Virus record (IMG/VR): IMGVR_UViG_3300033069_001711
Span: 1-64,000 of that record
DNA from: a virus
Lineage: Duplodnaviria > Caudoviricetes
Length of the DNA stretch: 64,000 nt
Direction: 5' to 3' (one strand)
The first letter of the stretch is position 1, and each line of letters starts with the position of its first letter. Of this stretch, positions 28,463 through 39,149 are shown piece after piece. Made by a program: the position numbers and the translations under genes. The notes under the pieces are model-generated. The model did not search any database. It worked only from the letters and a program-made list of their open reading frames with translations, and had not been told where the DNA came from.

Positions 28463-30466
28463 GTGCAACCGTTCGATTTTCAAAATAGTGTTTTCAGTGT
28501 TCCACCTAAAGCAAACATTCCAGCAGATGCAAAGGTCATCTTTGTTTCAGATATGTTCGTTGAAGATTACGTCGGAGGCGCTGAATTAACTTCAGAAGCC
28601 CTGATCAGATCTTGTCCAATCCAGGTTTTCAAGCTTCACTCTAGAGATGTCTCTATGAAGTTGTTGGAAGATGGCGTTGATCGATTTTGGATTTTTGGCA
28701 ATTTCGCTGAATTAAATCCTCAGCTAATCCCCAGCATCGTTGCAAATTTGAAATACAGCATCGTTGAATACGATTACAAATTTTGCAAAGCTAGATCACC
28801 TGAAAAACACCTTGAAGTTTTGGGTGTGCCTTGTGATTGTCCTAATCAAGCCAACGGAAAGATCGTTAGTGCATTTTTCTACGGATCAATGGGCTTGTGG
28901 TGGATGAGTGAAAAACAAAAGGAACGTTATTTGACAACGTTCCCATTTCTCGCCGAAAAAGACAACATCGTCCTATCCAGCGTTTTCGATCGTGAAACTT
29001 TGGCAACTATTGGCTGTCTGAGGGCAGTTTCGCCCAAACCAGAAGATCGCAAAAAATGGATTGTTCTCGGTTCTCAATCGTGGATTAAAGGCCTGGATGC
29101 GGCCGAATCATGGTGCAAAACGAACAACAAGGATTACGAAGTAGTTTGGAACCTTTCATACGACAAGGTCCTTGAGAAATTGGCTTCTGCAGAAGGTTTC
29201 GTTTACCTCCCTAAAGGCGGTGATACATGTCCACGCATGGTCATAGAAGCAAAACTATTGGGTTGTCAACTGCAATTGAATGACAACGTCCAACACAGGG
29301 ATGAAGAATGGTTTGCTGGTGATGATATCGAATCAATCAATGAGTACCTCCTTACTGCGCCCAGTATTTTTTGGAAGGGCATCAAGAAGATGATGGATTA
29401 CAAACCCACCATTTCTGGTTACACCACTGCTTACAATGCAGTGGTGCAAGAATATCCATTCAAACAATGTATTCAGTCGATGTTGCAATTCTGTGATGAA
29501 GTTTGTGCAGTTGATGGAGGCAGCACAGATGGCACGTGGGAAGAACTTCGCAATCTTCAAGAAAGTCTTGTGCCTGCCGCGGAAAGTTTACTTTTATTTG
29601 ATTGTGATGAATCACGACTTCAATATTTCAATCAAAAATCTCGATTGAAACTCAAACAAGTCAAACGTGACTGGCGATCAAAACGTCATCCAGTATTCGA
29701 CGGCATGCAGAAAGCTGAAGCCCGTGCCATGTGCACCAAAGAATATTGTTGGCAGATGGACTCTGATGAAATTGTACATGAGGATGACGCTCCAAAAATT
29801 GCTGACTTGTGTCGCAACATTCCAAAAGGAATTGACATCGTTTCACTGCCCGTCATTGAATATTGGGGAGGGCCAGAAAAAGTTCGTCTAGACGTTCAGC
29901 CTTGGAAATGGAGGTTAAGTCGCAATTTGCCACACGTGACTCATGGAATTCCAGTGGAACTTCGCAGAACAGATGCTGATGGTCAATCTTACGCAGAGCC
30001 TGGCACTGACGGGTGTGACATGATTCACAAAGAGACTGGTGAACGCCTTCCTCATGTCAGCTTCTACACTCAAGAGGTCGAAAACGCTCGTCAAGTGGCG
30101 ATGTTAGGGAATGAACAGGCTCGTCTAGAATACGAAGCTTGGTTCAACAACGCAACATCTGCAATTCCAGGTGTCTTTCATTACAGTTGGTATGATCTTC
30201 CACGCAAAATCAAGCTTTATCGTGACTATTGGCAAAATCATTGGAATGCTCTTTGGGACAAAGATGTTTCTGACACCGCAGAGAACAACATGATGTTTGG
30301 TGTGCCTTGGAAAGATGTTACTGATGAAATGATTGAATCTCGTGCCGCTGAAATGAAAGCAAAGCTCGGGGGTTGGATTTGGCATCGCCCGTGGGACGGA
30401 AAGACTCGTACGTCTCACATTTCTTGTAAGCGCACTCAGCCCAAGGTGATGGAATGCAAAAAATGA
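28463..30466 (+). CDS. Two-domain glycosyltransferase (GT-B/GT4-like + GT2-like)
   Basis: DTCPRMVIEAKLLG (GT4-type E motif); GYTTAYN...VDGGSTDGT...QMDSDE (GT2 DxD). Confidence 0.75.
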   Translation: MQPFDFQNSVFSVPPKANIPADAKVIFVSDMFVEDYVGGAELTSEALIRSCPIQVFKLHSRDVSMKLLEDGVDRFWIFGNFAELNPQLIPSIVANLKYSIVEYDYKFCKARSPEKHLEVLGVPCDCPNQANGKIVSAFFYGSMGLWWMSEKQKERYLTTFPFLAEKDNIVLSSVFDRETLATIGCLRAVSPKPEDRKKWIVLGSQSWIKGLDAAESWCKTNNKDYEVVWNLSYDKVLEKLASAEGFVYLPKGGDTCPRMVIEAKLLGCQLQLNDNVQHRDEEWFAGDDIESINEYLLTAPSIFWKGIKKMMDYKPTISGYTTAYNAVVQEYPFKQCIQSMLQFCDEVCAVDGGSTDGTWEELRNLQESLVPAAESLLLFDCDESRLQYFNQKSRLKLKQVKRDWRSKRHPVFDGMQKAEARAMCTKEYCWQMDSDEIVHEDDAPKIADLCRNIPKGIDIVSLPVIEYWGGPEKVRLDVQPWKWRLSRNLPHVTHGIPVELRRTDADGQSYAEPGTDGCDMIHKETGERLPHVSFYTQEVENARQVAMLGNEQARLEYEAWFNNATSAIPGVFHYSWYDLPRKIKLYRDYWQNHWNALWDKDVSDTAENNMMFGVPWKDVTDEMIESRAAEMKAKLGGWIWHRPWDGKTRTSHISCKRTQPKVMECKK

Positions 30467-30795
30467 TGCGAGTTGTTGTGGAGTCACCTTATGCAGGCGA
30501 CATCGAAAAAAACATGAGGTACTTGAGGGCCTGTATGAGGGATTGTTTGCAACGGGGTGAAGCACCTTATGCATCTCATGCTTTGTACACTCAAGAAGGC
30601 GTACTTCGAGATGATGTACCAGAAGAACGTGAACTTGGCATTCTTGCTGGTTTCTCATGGCGAGAAGTCACAGAAAAAACCGTGGTATATACCGATCTTG
30701 GTTACAGCGGAGGAATGAAATACGGAATTGCTCATGCTGAAACAATTCTTCACCCAATTGAATACAGGCAACTTGGTGGAGAGTGGCAATCTTGA
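30463..30795 (+). CDS. Nucleoside 2-deoxyribosyltransferase-like fold protein (DUF4406-like)
   Basis: VVVESPYAGD...APYASH.LY...ERELG...GYSGGMKYGI; ATGA overlap with the GT stop. Confidence 0.55.
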   Translation: MMRVVVESPYAGDIEKNMRYLRACMRDCLQRGEAPYASHALYTQEGVLRDDVPEERELGILAGFSWREVTEKTVVYTDLGYSGGMKYGIAHAETILHPIEYRQLGGEWQS

Positions 30796-31007
30796 CAATC
30801 AAAGAATGCGTACTTAAAGTTCTTCAATCATCTGATCAACCTCTTACAGCTTGTGATTTGAAACGAAATATCGACAATTGTTCATCGTCTGTTAAGTTGT
30901 CGTCTCTTTCAAGTTTGTTGACTAAACTCACAAAAGATGGAACTGTCGAACGACACGATACATACGGCGTTAGAGGAGGTTATGGTTACTCCTTAAGGGA
31001 AAGATGA
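30783..31007 (+). CDS. Small winged-helix protein
   Basis: VLKVLQSSDQPLTACDL...SSLLTKLTKDGTVER. Confidence 0.5.
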   Translation: MAILTIKECVLKVLQSSDQPLTACDLKRNIDNCSSSVKLSSLSSLLTKLTKDGTVERHDTYGVRGGYGYSLRER

Positions 31008-31741
31008 TGAAGATAATCGGTATCAAACAGAAATTGCAAGAGATGGGCGTTGACTTAGACACCATCACGATGGGAGATTTTGATTACATTGGTGAATTCA
31101 CTGCCAAACGTGATCGAAAACCCAACGATCCAAATTACAAAAAGTACGGATCGTTTTATCGTTCAAACTATGAACGTGGCATTCTCATCTATTACCTTAT
31201 TCGTCAATACAATTTGACCTCATTTTTAGAAATTGGATTCGGCCGTGGGTATGCTACTTTTTGCGCCGCGCGAGCATTTTATGACGCTGGCGTGATTGGA
31301 AAGATCACCACAATCGATCCAGAGCTCAACGAAGCCTATGTCAAGGCTTTGAAGGCTGTTTTTCCTGAAGATTGGTTTCGAAACATTGAATTTGTCAAGG
31401 CACGGTCGCAGGATGCGTTACCTCAGATCAATCAATCGTACGACCTTGTTTACATCGATGGCGATCATTCATATGAAGGCACAAAACTTGATTGGGAGGG
31501 AACAAAAGACAAGTGGAACAAATTCCTACTTTTCGACGATTATCACCTTCCCAGTAAAGGAGATCCTGGCATTCAATGTAGTCAATTAATTGATGAAATT
31601 GATGATCCCACAAAGGAACTCATCATCATGGACCGTCGTATGTTCTTTGATGATCGACAATTTTCTGACGACAAAATTGACTATGGTCAAGTATTGCTCA
31701 GTAAAGGTGAAACAAAGGTAGCGCCTCGCGATGACTGGTGA
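31004..31741 (+). CDS. Class I SAM-dependent methyltransferase (Methyltransf_24-like)
   Basis: LEIGFGRGYAT; YDLVYIDGDHSYEG; LLFDDY. Confidence 0.8.
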   Translation: MMKIIGIKQKLQEMGVDLDTITMGDFDYIGEFTAKRDRKPNDPNYKKYGSFYRSNYERGILIYYLIRQYNLTSFLEIGFGRGYATFCAARAFYDAGVIGKITTIDPELNEAYVKALKAVFPEDWFRNIEFVKARSQDALPQINQSYDLVYIDGDHSYEGTKLDWEGTKDKWNKFLLFDDYHLPSKGDPGIQCSQLIDEIDDPTKELIIMDRRMFFDDRQFSDDKIDYGQVLLSKGETKVAPRDDW

Positions 31742-32111
31742 TGCAAAAGAAACATGCACTAAACCCCCATGGGGTTGGCGTTGTACTCGTGATGCCGGGC
31801 ATGAAGGTCCATGTGCTGCACATCGTGCTGATTCACGAGTGTCAGATACTCCCACTCACATAGCTTGTAAGTCGTACACTGAATACAAGCCTGAATTTGG
31901 GCTCTACAAAGAACAATCAGAAGCTGTCAATAAGTGGATGAAACAACATGACGCTGAACGTCACATCCAACCTGGACAAACGCATCGATTTTCCGGACCG
32001 GTGGGTGGAGCATACACCTATGAGTTTACCAGCACAAGTTTAGGAATGTGCATTCATGTTCGATGTACGTGTGGCGAGGAGATCGACGTAAGTGACTATG
32101 ACAACTGGTGA
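31731..32111 (+). CDS. Hypothetical Cys/His-rich phage protein
   Basis: CTRDAGHEGPCAAH; FTSTSLG..VRCTCGEEID. Confidence 0.55.
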   Translation: MTGDAKETCTKPPWGWRCTRDAGHEGPCAAHRADSRVSDTPTHIACKSYTEYKPEFGLYKEQSEAVNKWMKQHDAERHIQPGQTHRFSGPVGGAYTYEFTSTSLGMCIHVRCTCGEEIDVSDYDNW

Positions 32112-32847
32112 AAAACAAAATAGATTCGTTTTTGTCGCTCCGATGTTCAATGCAGCAAAGTACTTGCCTCAATTGCTGCATTCGATTTGTGGACAATCAT
32201 ACGATAACTGGAAACTGATTTTGATTGATGACGTTTCTGACGAAGAGAATCAGAAATTATCAGCACAGATCATTCTGCAATTCCAGTGTTTGATGAACGG
32301 TCGTTACTCCGACAAAATTCATGAAGTTTGGAACAAAGAAAAGAAGTGGGAAGTTGCCAATGTTCTTCATGGAATTTCAATGTGTGATGATGATGACATC
32401 GTCTGTCGTATTGATGCAGATGACTGGTTGACTGAAATCGACGGTCTCAAAATTTTGAACTCGCTCTATAATGCAACCGCCGCTGACTGTTTGTGGACGG
32501 CACATCGCTGGGGATTCTCTGACAAGAACATCAGTGGACCCATGTCACCGGATGCCGATCCTTACAAGCACCCCTGGGTCTCCAGTCATTTGAAAACGTT
32601 TCGAAAACGACTCATTAATGATGTACCTGACATTAACTTCCGAGGCGAAGATGGCGAATACATCAAGAGAGCCGGCGATCAAGCTGTATACTTGCCAGTT
32701 CTTCACAATGCTACTCGAAGAGGATTTTTGCCTCGCGTGATGTATCATTACACAATCAATGACACGCCAGAAACGTATCAGACGCCGGATGCAATGTTTC
32801 AACGAGACGAAGCTTTATTTCTTCGTGCAAGAGGGTACGTAAAGTGA
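32092..32847 (+). CDS. GT2-family glycosyltransferase
   Basis: VAPMFNA...LIDDVSD...RIDADD. Confidence 0.85.
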   Translation: MTMTTGEKQNRFVFVAPMFNAAKYLPQLLHSICGQSYDNWKLILIDDVSDEENQKLSAQIILQFQCLMNGRYSDKIHEVWNKEKKWEVANVLHGISMCDDDDIVCRIDADDWLTEIDGLKILNSLYNATAADCLWTAHRWGFSDKNISGPMSPDADPYKHPWVSSHLKTFRKRLINDVPDINFRGEDGEYIKRAGDQAVYLPVLHNATRRGFLPRVMYHYTINDTPETYQTPDAMFQRDEALFLRARGYVK

Positions 32848-33080
32848 AAAGATTCTATCTACAACGTAACCAAGACGCATCAGGCGTCTCTGGTTTGGGC
32901 AAGGTTGCCGAAGGTTGTCAATTTGATACAGGGTGGTGCGCACTAGTTTGGCTGACCAAAGCGTCATCAATGTGCTACTATCCTAATATCGACACTCTCG
33001 AATCAATCCATGGACACCAAGGAATGACACAAGTCATTTGGGTGGATGATGAATCATCAAATTTCGTGGTTAACGGATGA
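32844..33080 (+). CDS. Conserved phage hypothetical protein (78 aa)
   Basis: RFYLQR..DASGVSG.G.VAEG..F..G...L.W...HGH.G pattern. Confidence 0.55.
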   Translation: MKRFYLQRNQDASGVSGLGKVAEGCQFDTGWCALVWLTKASSMCYYPNIDTLESIHGHQGMTQVIWVDDESSNFVVNG

Positions 33081-33084
33081 CAAC

Positions 33085-33831
33085 ATGAAAAAGATTATCG
33101 CAACTTTCGCAATATGTTTACTTGCATTTTCCTGTGGCGACGCGGACGATCAAACAAACAAACCTGATTCTGGAACACCTGACTCAGGTAAGATTAGTGA
33201 TAGTGGACCTAAAAAACCAGTCAGTCACGCTTGGGGAAATTATCACTGGGGAATTGGTGGACCAACTGAGGTCACTCTGTCACAGAACCTGTCTCCAATT
33301 TGGCAATCTTACTTAACATCTGCATCAATCGATTGGTCAAGATCAAGAGTGATCAACACCTCAATCATTCCAGGAACCGTAGACGTTCAAACATGTCCAC
33401 CGGCGGCGGGAACTGTTGAAGTTTGTAATGCAAAATATGGTGAAAATGGTTGGTTGGGCATGGCAAATGTCTGGTTTGATGATGTTGGTCAAATCACTCA
33501 AGCAACTGTGACTTTCAACGATACGTATTTTGATAAACCTGACTACTCAGGTGCAGATTGGCGAATGTACGTGGCGTGTCATGAGGTTGGTCATGTTTTA
33601 GGACTTAATCACCGTGATGAAACGTTCTCAAATCCAAATTTAGGCTCATGTTTGGATTACACTAATGATCCGGGTGCATTTCCTGCAAACACACATCCCG
33701 ATGCATTTGATTACGAAGTATTGGAAACGATTTATGATGGCGTGACATCAAAAGATACCGTTCCAACTCGAGTTCCAGGCGCCAGAATTGAAGATAGATT
33801 TATCACTCGCATTTTCCCTGTAATGCGCTAA
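33085..33831 (+). CDS. Lipoprotein zinc metallopeptidase (metzincin, matrixin/M10-like)
   Basis: MKKIIATFAICLLAFS-C lipobox; HEVGHVLGLNH = HExxHxxGxxH; PDSG repeats. Start reassigned to 33085. Confidence 0.75.
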   Translation: MKKIIATFAICLLAFSCGDADDQTNKPDSGTPDSGKISDSGPKKPVSHAWGNYHWGIGGPTEVTLSQNLSPIWQSYLTSASIDWSRSRVINTSIIPGTVDVQTCPPAAGTVEVCNAKYGENGWLGMANVWFDDVGQITQATVTFNDTYFDKPDYSGADWRMYVACHEVGHVLGLNHRDETFSNPNLGSCLDYTNDPGAFPANTHPDAFDYEVLETIYDGVTSKDTVPTRVPGARIEDRFITRIFPVMR

Positions 33832-33866
33832 TGCAAAGGTTGGTCAATTAGTGATATGATGAGACT

Positions 33867-34799
33867 ATGAAAGTCTACGTCAATCGTTCTCCTGTTTCTG
33901 GACCTTGGGGCGGGGGAAATTTGTTTATTAAAGCTTTCCACGAATTTTCTTCTCGTAAAGGAATTGAACTTCTGGCGGGATCTCAGACCATCAACATGGT
34001 GCCAGATGTCATGCTTCTCGTGGGTCTAGAAAATCAAAGTCCTGCTGAAATTAGCGTTGAGCAAGCTATCATGTACAAAGCGTACATGAAACCTGATTGC
34101 AAACTTGTATTACGCGTCAATGAAAATGATGCTCGCAAGGGAACCAATCATATGGACTCAATGTTGTTGAAGATGTCAGAACACATCGATGCCACTGTTT
34201 TTGTGTCTAAGTGGTTACAGGACTACTTCAATGAAAAAGGTTGGGCGTGTAAAAATCAAACTGTCATCTACAATGGTGTTGACAGGGGAATCTTTCAATG
34301 TCAACCAAAACTCGACAATGGCAAACTCAATATTGTCGCTCATCATTGGAGTGATAATCGTATGAAGGGCGCAGATATTTATGAAAAGCTTGATGAGTTC
34401 GTTGGAGTTAACTCTGACAAATTCACGTTCACATATATTGGCCGTCACCAGTGCAACTTCAAGCACACACAGGTCATTCAGCCACTTAGTGGAAAGAGCC
34501 TAGGCAAAGAATTAGGCAAATATGATCTATATGTTTCTGCCTCACGGTGGGATCCTGGGCCTAATCATGTTCTCGAAGCGTTAGCATGTGATATGCCGAC
34601 ATGGGTTCACAAAGATGGCGGGGGAGCTGTAGAATTTGCAGGCTACGCTCATGCATATGGTGACTGGGAACAACTCAAAGACATCCTAGAATCTCCTCCT
34701 TACCATGGAAATGTCCAATCTCGCACCCTTCTAACATGGCAAACGTGCGTCGATGAGTATAATGCATTTTTAGAGGCAACATGGAAGGCAAACACATAA
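33867..34799 (+). CDS. GT4/GT-B glycosyltransferase
   Basis: IYNGVD; SRWDPGPNHVLEALAC. Confidence 0.75.
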   Translation: MKVYVNRSPVSGPWGGGNLFIKAFHEFSSRKGIELLAGSQTINMVPDVMLLVGLENQSPAEISVEQAIMYKAYMKPDCKLVLRVNENDARKGTNHMDSMLLKMSEHIDATVFVSKWLQDYFNEKGWACKNQTVIYNGVDRGIFQCQPKLDNGKLNIVAHHWSDNRMKGADIYEKLDEFVGVNSDKFTFTYIGRHQCNFKHTQVIQPLSGKSLGKELGKYDLYVSASRWDPGPNHVLEALACDMPTWVHKDGGGAVEFAGYAHAYGDWEQLKDILESPPYHGNVQSRTLLTWQTCVDEYNAFLEATWKANT

Positions 34800-35170
34800 G
34801 ATTCACTCAATTGTTGGAGACGCATTTAAACTCCGCTATTCAAAAAGAGTTCAATGGTCGTTCAGAATTGACAACCAACGTTCTTAGAGAGGTTAGAGAC
34901 ACTCTCAAAGAAAAAATCACATCTGTTTTTACACGCAGTCAAAAACATAAACTTACACATGACTCAATTGGTTGGTTGACTAATCAGTATTTCAAGTCAA
35001 TCAAGGTCGCTGATGATGTTCATGTCTCTGATTTAGTCGTGATCAACGAATATAACCTGTCCGATCTGCCATACCATGACATTGAAATGCTGCATAATCT
35101 CTATTCAGATTCTAAAGCTCCATGGGTGACGGAACTTCGGGAAGAATTCAAGAAAAGGATGACATCATGA
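34781..35170 (+). CDS. Hypothetical protein (129 aa)
   Basis: Coupled ORF. Confidence 0.55.
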   Translation: MEGKHIRFTQLLETHLNSAIQKEFNGRSELTTNVLREVRDTLKEKITSVFTRSQKHKLTHDSIGWLTNQYFKSIKVADDVHVSDLVVINEYNLSDLPYHDIEMLHNLYSDSKAPWVTELREEFKKRMTS

Positions 35171-35541
35171 AATTGAAACCCGGAGCATTTCACGAGACAA
35201 TCAGTAAATTGTTGAACGCTAAGCTACAGCCGTTGGTAACGGCGGAGCGTGATTTGAATTTGGTTGCATGTACCGAGATCTATACAACCATTTTTGAAAC
35301 CCTGGTAGAGTGCATCAGCGAAGTAGAAATGCCTATCACTAACGAAGGAATGAACTACCTTGCTCAACAGTACTATGATGGTGTTCTTGTCAATGGAAAA
35401 CAGGAACTAGATCCAGAAATTTTTACCAATCGTGCTAAAGTCGAAAACATCGAAACCAAAGAACTAGCGTTGCTTGCGGTTATGTTGAATGGCACTGATT
35501 TTGCAAAACCTATTCTGTACGAGATTAAACGTCGTGCCTAA
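35167..35541 (+). CDS. Hypothetical protein
   Basis: ATGA overlap at 35167 indicates the true start (track start 35122). Confidence 0.55.
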   Translation: MKLKPGAFHETISKLLNAKLQPLVTAERDLNLVACTEIYTTIFETLVECISEVEMPITNEGMNYLAQQYYDGVLVNGKQELDPEIFTNRAKVENIETKELALLAVMLNGTDFAKPILYEIKRRA

Positions 35542-36488
35542 TGCGTATACATTTTGATAATGTCAACTTGAACGCCGGCACTGGGCCAAATACCTTTGCC
35601 AATCGGTTGGCTCGACGATTATTTGAGTCAGGTCATGAGGTAGTTTTTAGCAATGAAAATGCAGATGTTTCTCTGGTTTTCATTGAACGCTCGGGCGCGC
35701 CTCTGGCTTCAAAAGTAGTCCAACGACTGGATGGAATTTGGTTTAAACCTGATGAATTTCACACCAAAAATTTCAACATTCAGTCATTATTTTACGACTG
35801 TGATGCTGTTGTTTTTCAGTCAGAGTTCGACAAGTCATTTATCAAATACTGGTGGGGGAAAGCTGACAATTACTGGAGGCCTGAGGTAGTGATTGGCAAC
35901 GGGATTGACTTAAGTCCCGTCAAGGAATTGACCATTCCAGCCTTGGTCGATCTCCGTGCTCAGTATGAACTGATGTACGTCTGCAGTTCAAATTGGCACC
36001 CTCAAAAGCGTCTAAGTGCCAATGTTGAACTCTTCCGACGTCTTCATGCTAAGAATCCTAACAGTTGTCTCTTAATTTTGGGTAACAATCCCGACGTTCG
36101 AATTGCAAATCCACACGTTTTTTACACAGGTCCAGTCGGTCCGGAGATTTACAATCAAATTTATTCAGCAGCCAATTGGATGTTACATCTGGCCTGGGCC
36201 GACCATTGTCCTAACGTAGTGGTTGAAGCCCTTGCTCAAGGCACGCCGGTTGTTTGTAGTGACGTGGGTGGTACCAAAGAATTAGTGGGTTCATATGGTG
36301 TGGTTCTAAAGGAACAAGCGTACAATTTTGAGTTGACTGATTATGATAACCCGCCACCGATTGACATCACACAAGTGTCAGAACTTCCTGATCGAAGTCA
36401 ATTAGATTACTCATCAATCGCCGACATTGACATCTCTTCTGTCGCAAAACGCTACATCAAGTTGTTCGAAGAGCTCGTCAGGCAGTAA
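35541..36488 (+). CDS. GT4/GT-B glycosyltransferase
   Basis: IGNGID; WHPQKR; DHCPNVVVEALAQGTPVVCSDVGGTKE. Confidence 0.85.
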   Translation: MRIHFDNVNLNAGTGPNTFANRLARRLFESGHEVVFSNENADVSLVFIERSGAPLASKVVQRLDGIWFKPDEFHTKNFNIQSLFYDCDAVVFQSEFDKSFIKYWWGKADNYWRPEVVIGNGIDLSPVKELTIPALVDLRAQYELMYVCSSNWHPQKRLSANVELFRRLHAKNPNSCLLILGNNPDVRIANPHVFYTGPVGPEIYNQIYSAANWMLHLAWADHCPNVVVEALAQGTPVVCSDVGGTKELVGSYGVVLKEQAYNFELTDYDNPPPIDITQVSELPDRSQLDYSSIADIDISSVAKRYIKLFEELVRQ

Positions 36489-36496
36489 GATTACTT

Positions 36497-37231
36497 GTGT
36501 ACGTTGTCTACGTTCATACCAATCTCAACAACACCAAACGTTACATTGGTTGGGCTGCCGTCGAAGAAGGTCAGTCATACTATGATGCTATGATGCGTCG
36601 GTGGAAGGATCATTGTTATGATTCCAAGATTGGGTCAAAACGCTTATTTCACAATGCTATCAGAAAACACGGCGATGTGAACTGGGAACATGAAGTCTTA
36701 GACGTGTTACGAACACTTGATGGTGTCAAACACGCTGAGATTTTGTGGATTACACAACGTCATTCATATGCATTTGATGAAGGTAATCTCGGTTATAACA
36801 TGACGAGAGGAGGTGATGGTGTTCATGGGTATGAACACACACTTGAATCACGTCAGAAGAATAGCTTGTCTCATAAAGGTTTAGTAAAGACAACAATTCA
36901 TCTTGAAAGGTTGCGTATTTCAAACACTGGGAAAAAGCGTTCCAAGATGACATGTGAGAACATTGGTGCTTCAAAACGCGGTGTCAAACATCCATTTTAC
37001 GGTAAGTGTTTAAACAAAGAAATATGCCTTGCAATTAGAGCAGGACAGCCCAATCGTCGATGTATCATGCAGTTCACAAAGAATAGTGAATTCATTGAAA
37101 TACATGCATCGATTGCTGATGCACAACGGAAAACAGGCACACCAGCAACGAACATTGTAAAATGTTGTCGAGGTCACCTAAAGACTGCAGGAAAGTTCGT
37201 ATGGCGTTACGTAGAACAGGAGAAAAAGTGA
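36497..37231 (+). mobile_element. Free-standing GIY-YIG homing endonuclease with NUMOD3/NUMOD1-like motifs
   Basis: VVYVHTN...RYIG; R..H; GYNMTRGGDG; HTLESRQKNSLSH; FIEIHASIADAQRKTG...IVKCCRG. Confidence 0.8.
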
Positions 37232-38217
37232 CGAAGAAAGCAGTGATCACAGGCGTGACTGGACAAGACGGATCGTACCTTGCTGATTTGCTATTAAGCA
37301 AAGGTTACGAGGTTCACGGGTTGGTGCGACAATCCACACAATTCACTCCAGATCGTTGGGGGTATTTACGTGATGCTATGCACAGCAGTCATTTTCATGT
37401 ACATCATGGCGACGTCGCAGACGCTACTGGTATTCGAACGTTGATCGAAGAGATACAACCAGACGAGGTTTACAACCTCGCAGCACAAAGCCATGTCGGC
37501 CAGTCGTTCGAACAACCAATTAACACTGTCAACGTGACGGCAATTGGCCCACTGAACATATTAGAGGCGATTAGACGCTCACATTTGAAGATACGCTTCT
37601 ATGAAGCCAGTTCATCTGAGATGTTTGGAAAAGTGCAAGAAACGCCCCAGCGTGAGTCAACACCTTTTCATCCACGCTCTCCATACGGGTGTGCCAAAGC
37701 TTTTGGTCATTACATCACACAGAACTATCGCGAAGCTTATGGAATCTTCGCTTGTAGCGGAATTCTCTTCAATCATGAGAGCGAACGCCGCGGCGAAAGC
37801 TTCGTCACGAGGAAGATAACACGGGCAGTAGGTCGTATCAAATATGGTCTTCAAAAAGAACTGTTGCTTGGGCCACTGGATATGAAACGTGACTGGGGCT
37901 ATGCCCCCGATTACGTTGAAGCTATGTGGATGATGTTGCAACAAGAAGAAGCTCGCGATTACGTCGTCGGAACGGGCGAACATCACACCGTGCAAGAATT
38001 CGTCGACACTGCTTTTGAATACGCGGGTTTGAAAGCATCTGACTATGTCAAGCTTGATCCCAAACTTGTTCGACCGTCTGAAGTTAACACTTTGCGCGCG
38101 GATCCGACACTAGCACATCAGGTATTAGGTTGGCAACCTAAAGTAGACTTCCACGGCTTAGTGAAGCGAATGGTTGATCATGATGTTGCTCTCGCAGTTA
38201 AGGAGAGAATTGATTGA
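37228..38217 (+). CDS. gmd: GDP-mannose 4,6-dehydratase
   Basis: ITGVTGQDGSYLA; YNLAAQSHV; ASSSEMFG; PRSPYGCAK; FNHESERRGESFVTRKIT; KRDWGYA. GTG start with AGGAG SD. Confidence 0.95.
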   Translation: MTKKAVITGVTGQDGSYLADLLLSKGYEVHGLVRQSTQFTPDRWGYLRDAMHSSHFHVHHGDVADATGIRTLIEEIQPDEVYNLAAQSHVGQSFEQPINTVNVTAIGPLNILEAIRRSHLKIRFYEASSSEMFGKVQETPQRESTPFHPRSPYGCAKAFGHYITQNYREAYGIFACSGILFNHESERRGESFVTRKITRAVGRIKYGLQKELLLGPLDMKRDWGYAPDYVEAMWMMLQQEEARDYVVGTGEHHTVQEFVDTAFEYAGLKASDYVKLDPKLVRPSEVNTLRADPTLAHQVLGWQPKVDFHGLVKRMVDHDVALAVKERID

Positions 38218-39149
38218 AAAAAGTCTTTGTTCTAGCGCCTGGTGAGAATTGGATTGTCGATCGATTTGTGAAAGAATGGAACGACGATAATTGTGATATC
38301 GCTGTAAATCGCCCAGAACAGGCTGACGTCATTTGGTTAATGGCGGATTGGTGCTGGCAGCAAGTTCCTCGCAACATTCTCTTTGACAAGAAGGTGTTGG
38401 TTACGGTGCATCACATCGTACCAGAGAAATTTGGCCCACGTGAACGAATGGAATTTGAATATCGTGATCAAATTGTCACTGCGTATCATGTACCTAACAA
38501 ACATACCGAAGCTTTCATCAAACCTCTGACACAAAAACCAATTCACGTTATCAACTACTGGGCCAATCAAAAGATTTGGCGGCGAACTCATGTTGATCAT
38601 AAAGTCGCAGAGCTTTGGGAAAAATACAAGCTTCCTCGAGGAATGGGAGCTGAATCTCCCACATATTTCATTGGATCTTTTCAACGTGATACCGAAGGTC
38701 ATGATCTGATTAGTCCGAAACTCGAAAAAGGTCCGGACTTGTTGGCTGACGCAATCATTGCTTTTAGAGATCGATGTAAACAGCATTTTCCATTAGAGGT
38801 TGTCCTGGCAGGGTGGCGACGACAATACTTGATGAAGCGTCTAGAGGCTGCAAATATACGGTACCACTACTTCGAGAAACCTTCACAGGAAACCATCAAT
38901 GACCTGTACCAGGTCCTTAATCTTTATCCTGTGACAGCACGACAAGAAGGTGGTCCACAATCACTGATCGAGTGTGGTCTCATAGGAGTTCCTGTGGTTT
39001 CACGTGACATTGGCGTCGCGAGTATGGTTCTATCGACCGGTGCCATCAATGATGATGTTTCAATGGCACGTCCTGAGATTCCAAATGTCGAACACCTGAA
39101 GCTCCCTATGGGTTACGAACCATATCGAAGATTGATTGAATCACTGTGA
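38214..39149 (+). CDS. GT-B-like glycosyltransferase
   Basis: EKGPDLL; ARQEGGPQSLIECGLIGVPVVSRDIG. Confidence 0.7.
   Translation: MKKVFVLAPGENWIVDRFVKEWNDDNCDIAVNRPEQADVIWLMADWCWQQVPRNILFDKKVLVTVHHIVPEKFGPRERMEFEYRDQIVTAYHVPNKHTEAFIKPLTQKPIHVINYWANQKIWRRTHVDHKVAELWEKYKLPRGMGAESPTYFIGSFQRDTEGHDLISPKLEKGPDLLADAIIAFRDRCKQHFPLEVVLAGWRRQYLMKRLEAANIRYHYFEKPSQETINDLYQVLNLYPVTARQEGGPQSLIECGLIGVPVVSRDIGVASMVLSTGAINDDVSMARPEIPNVEHLKLPMGYEPYRRLIESL

Noticed and set aside
35541-38217. Group I intron housing the GIY-YIG gene (likewise for the other two endonucleases)
   Set aside because: Flanking genes are complete, with only 8 nt or overlaps between them; no room for intron core structure
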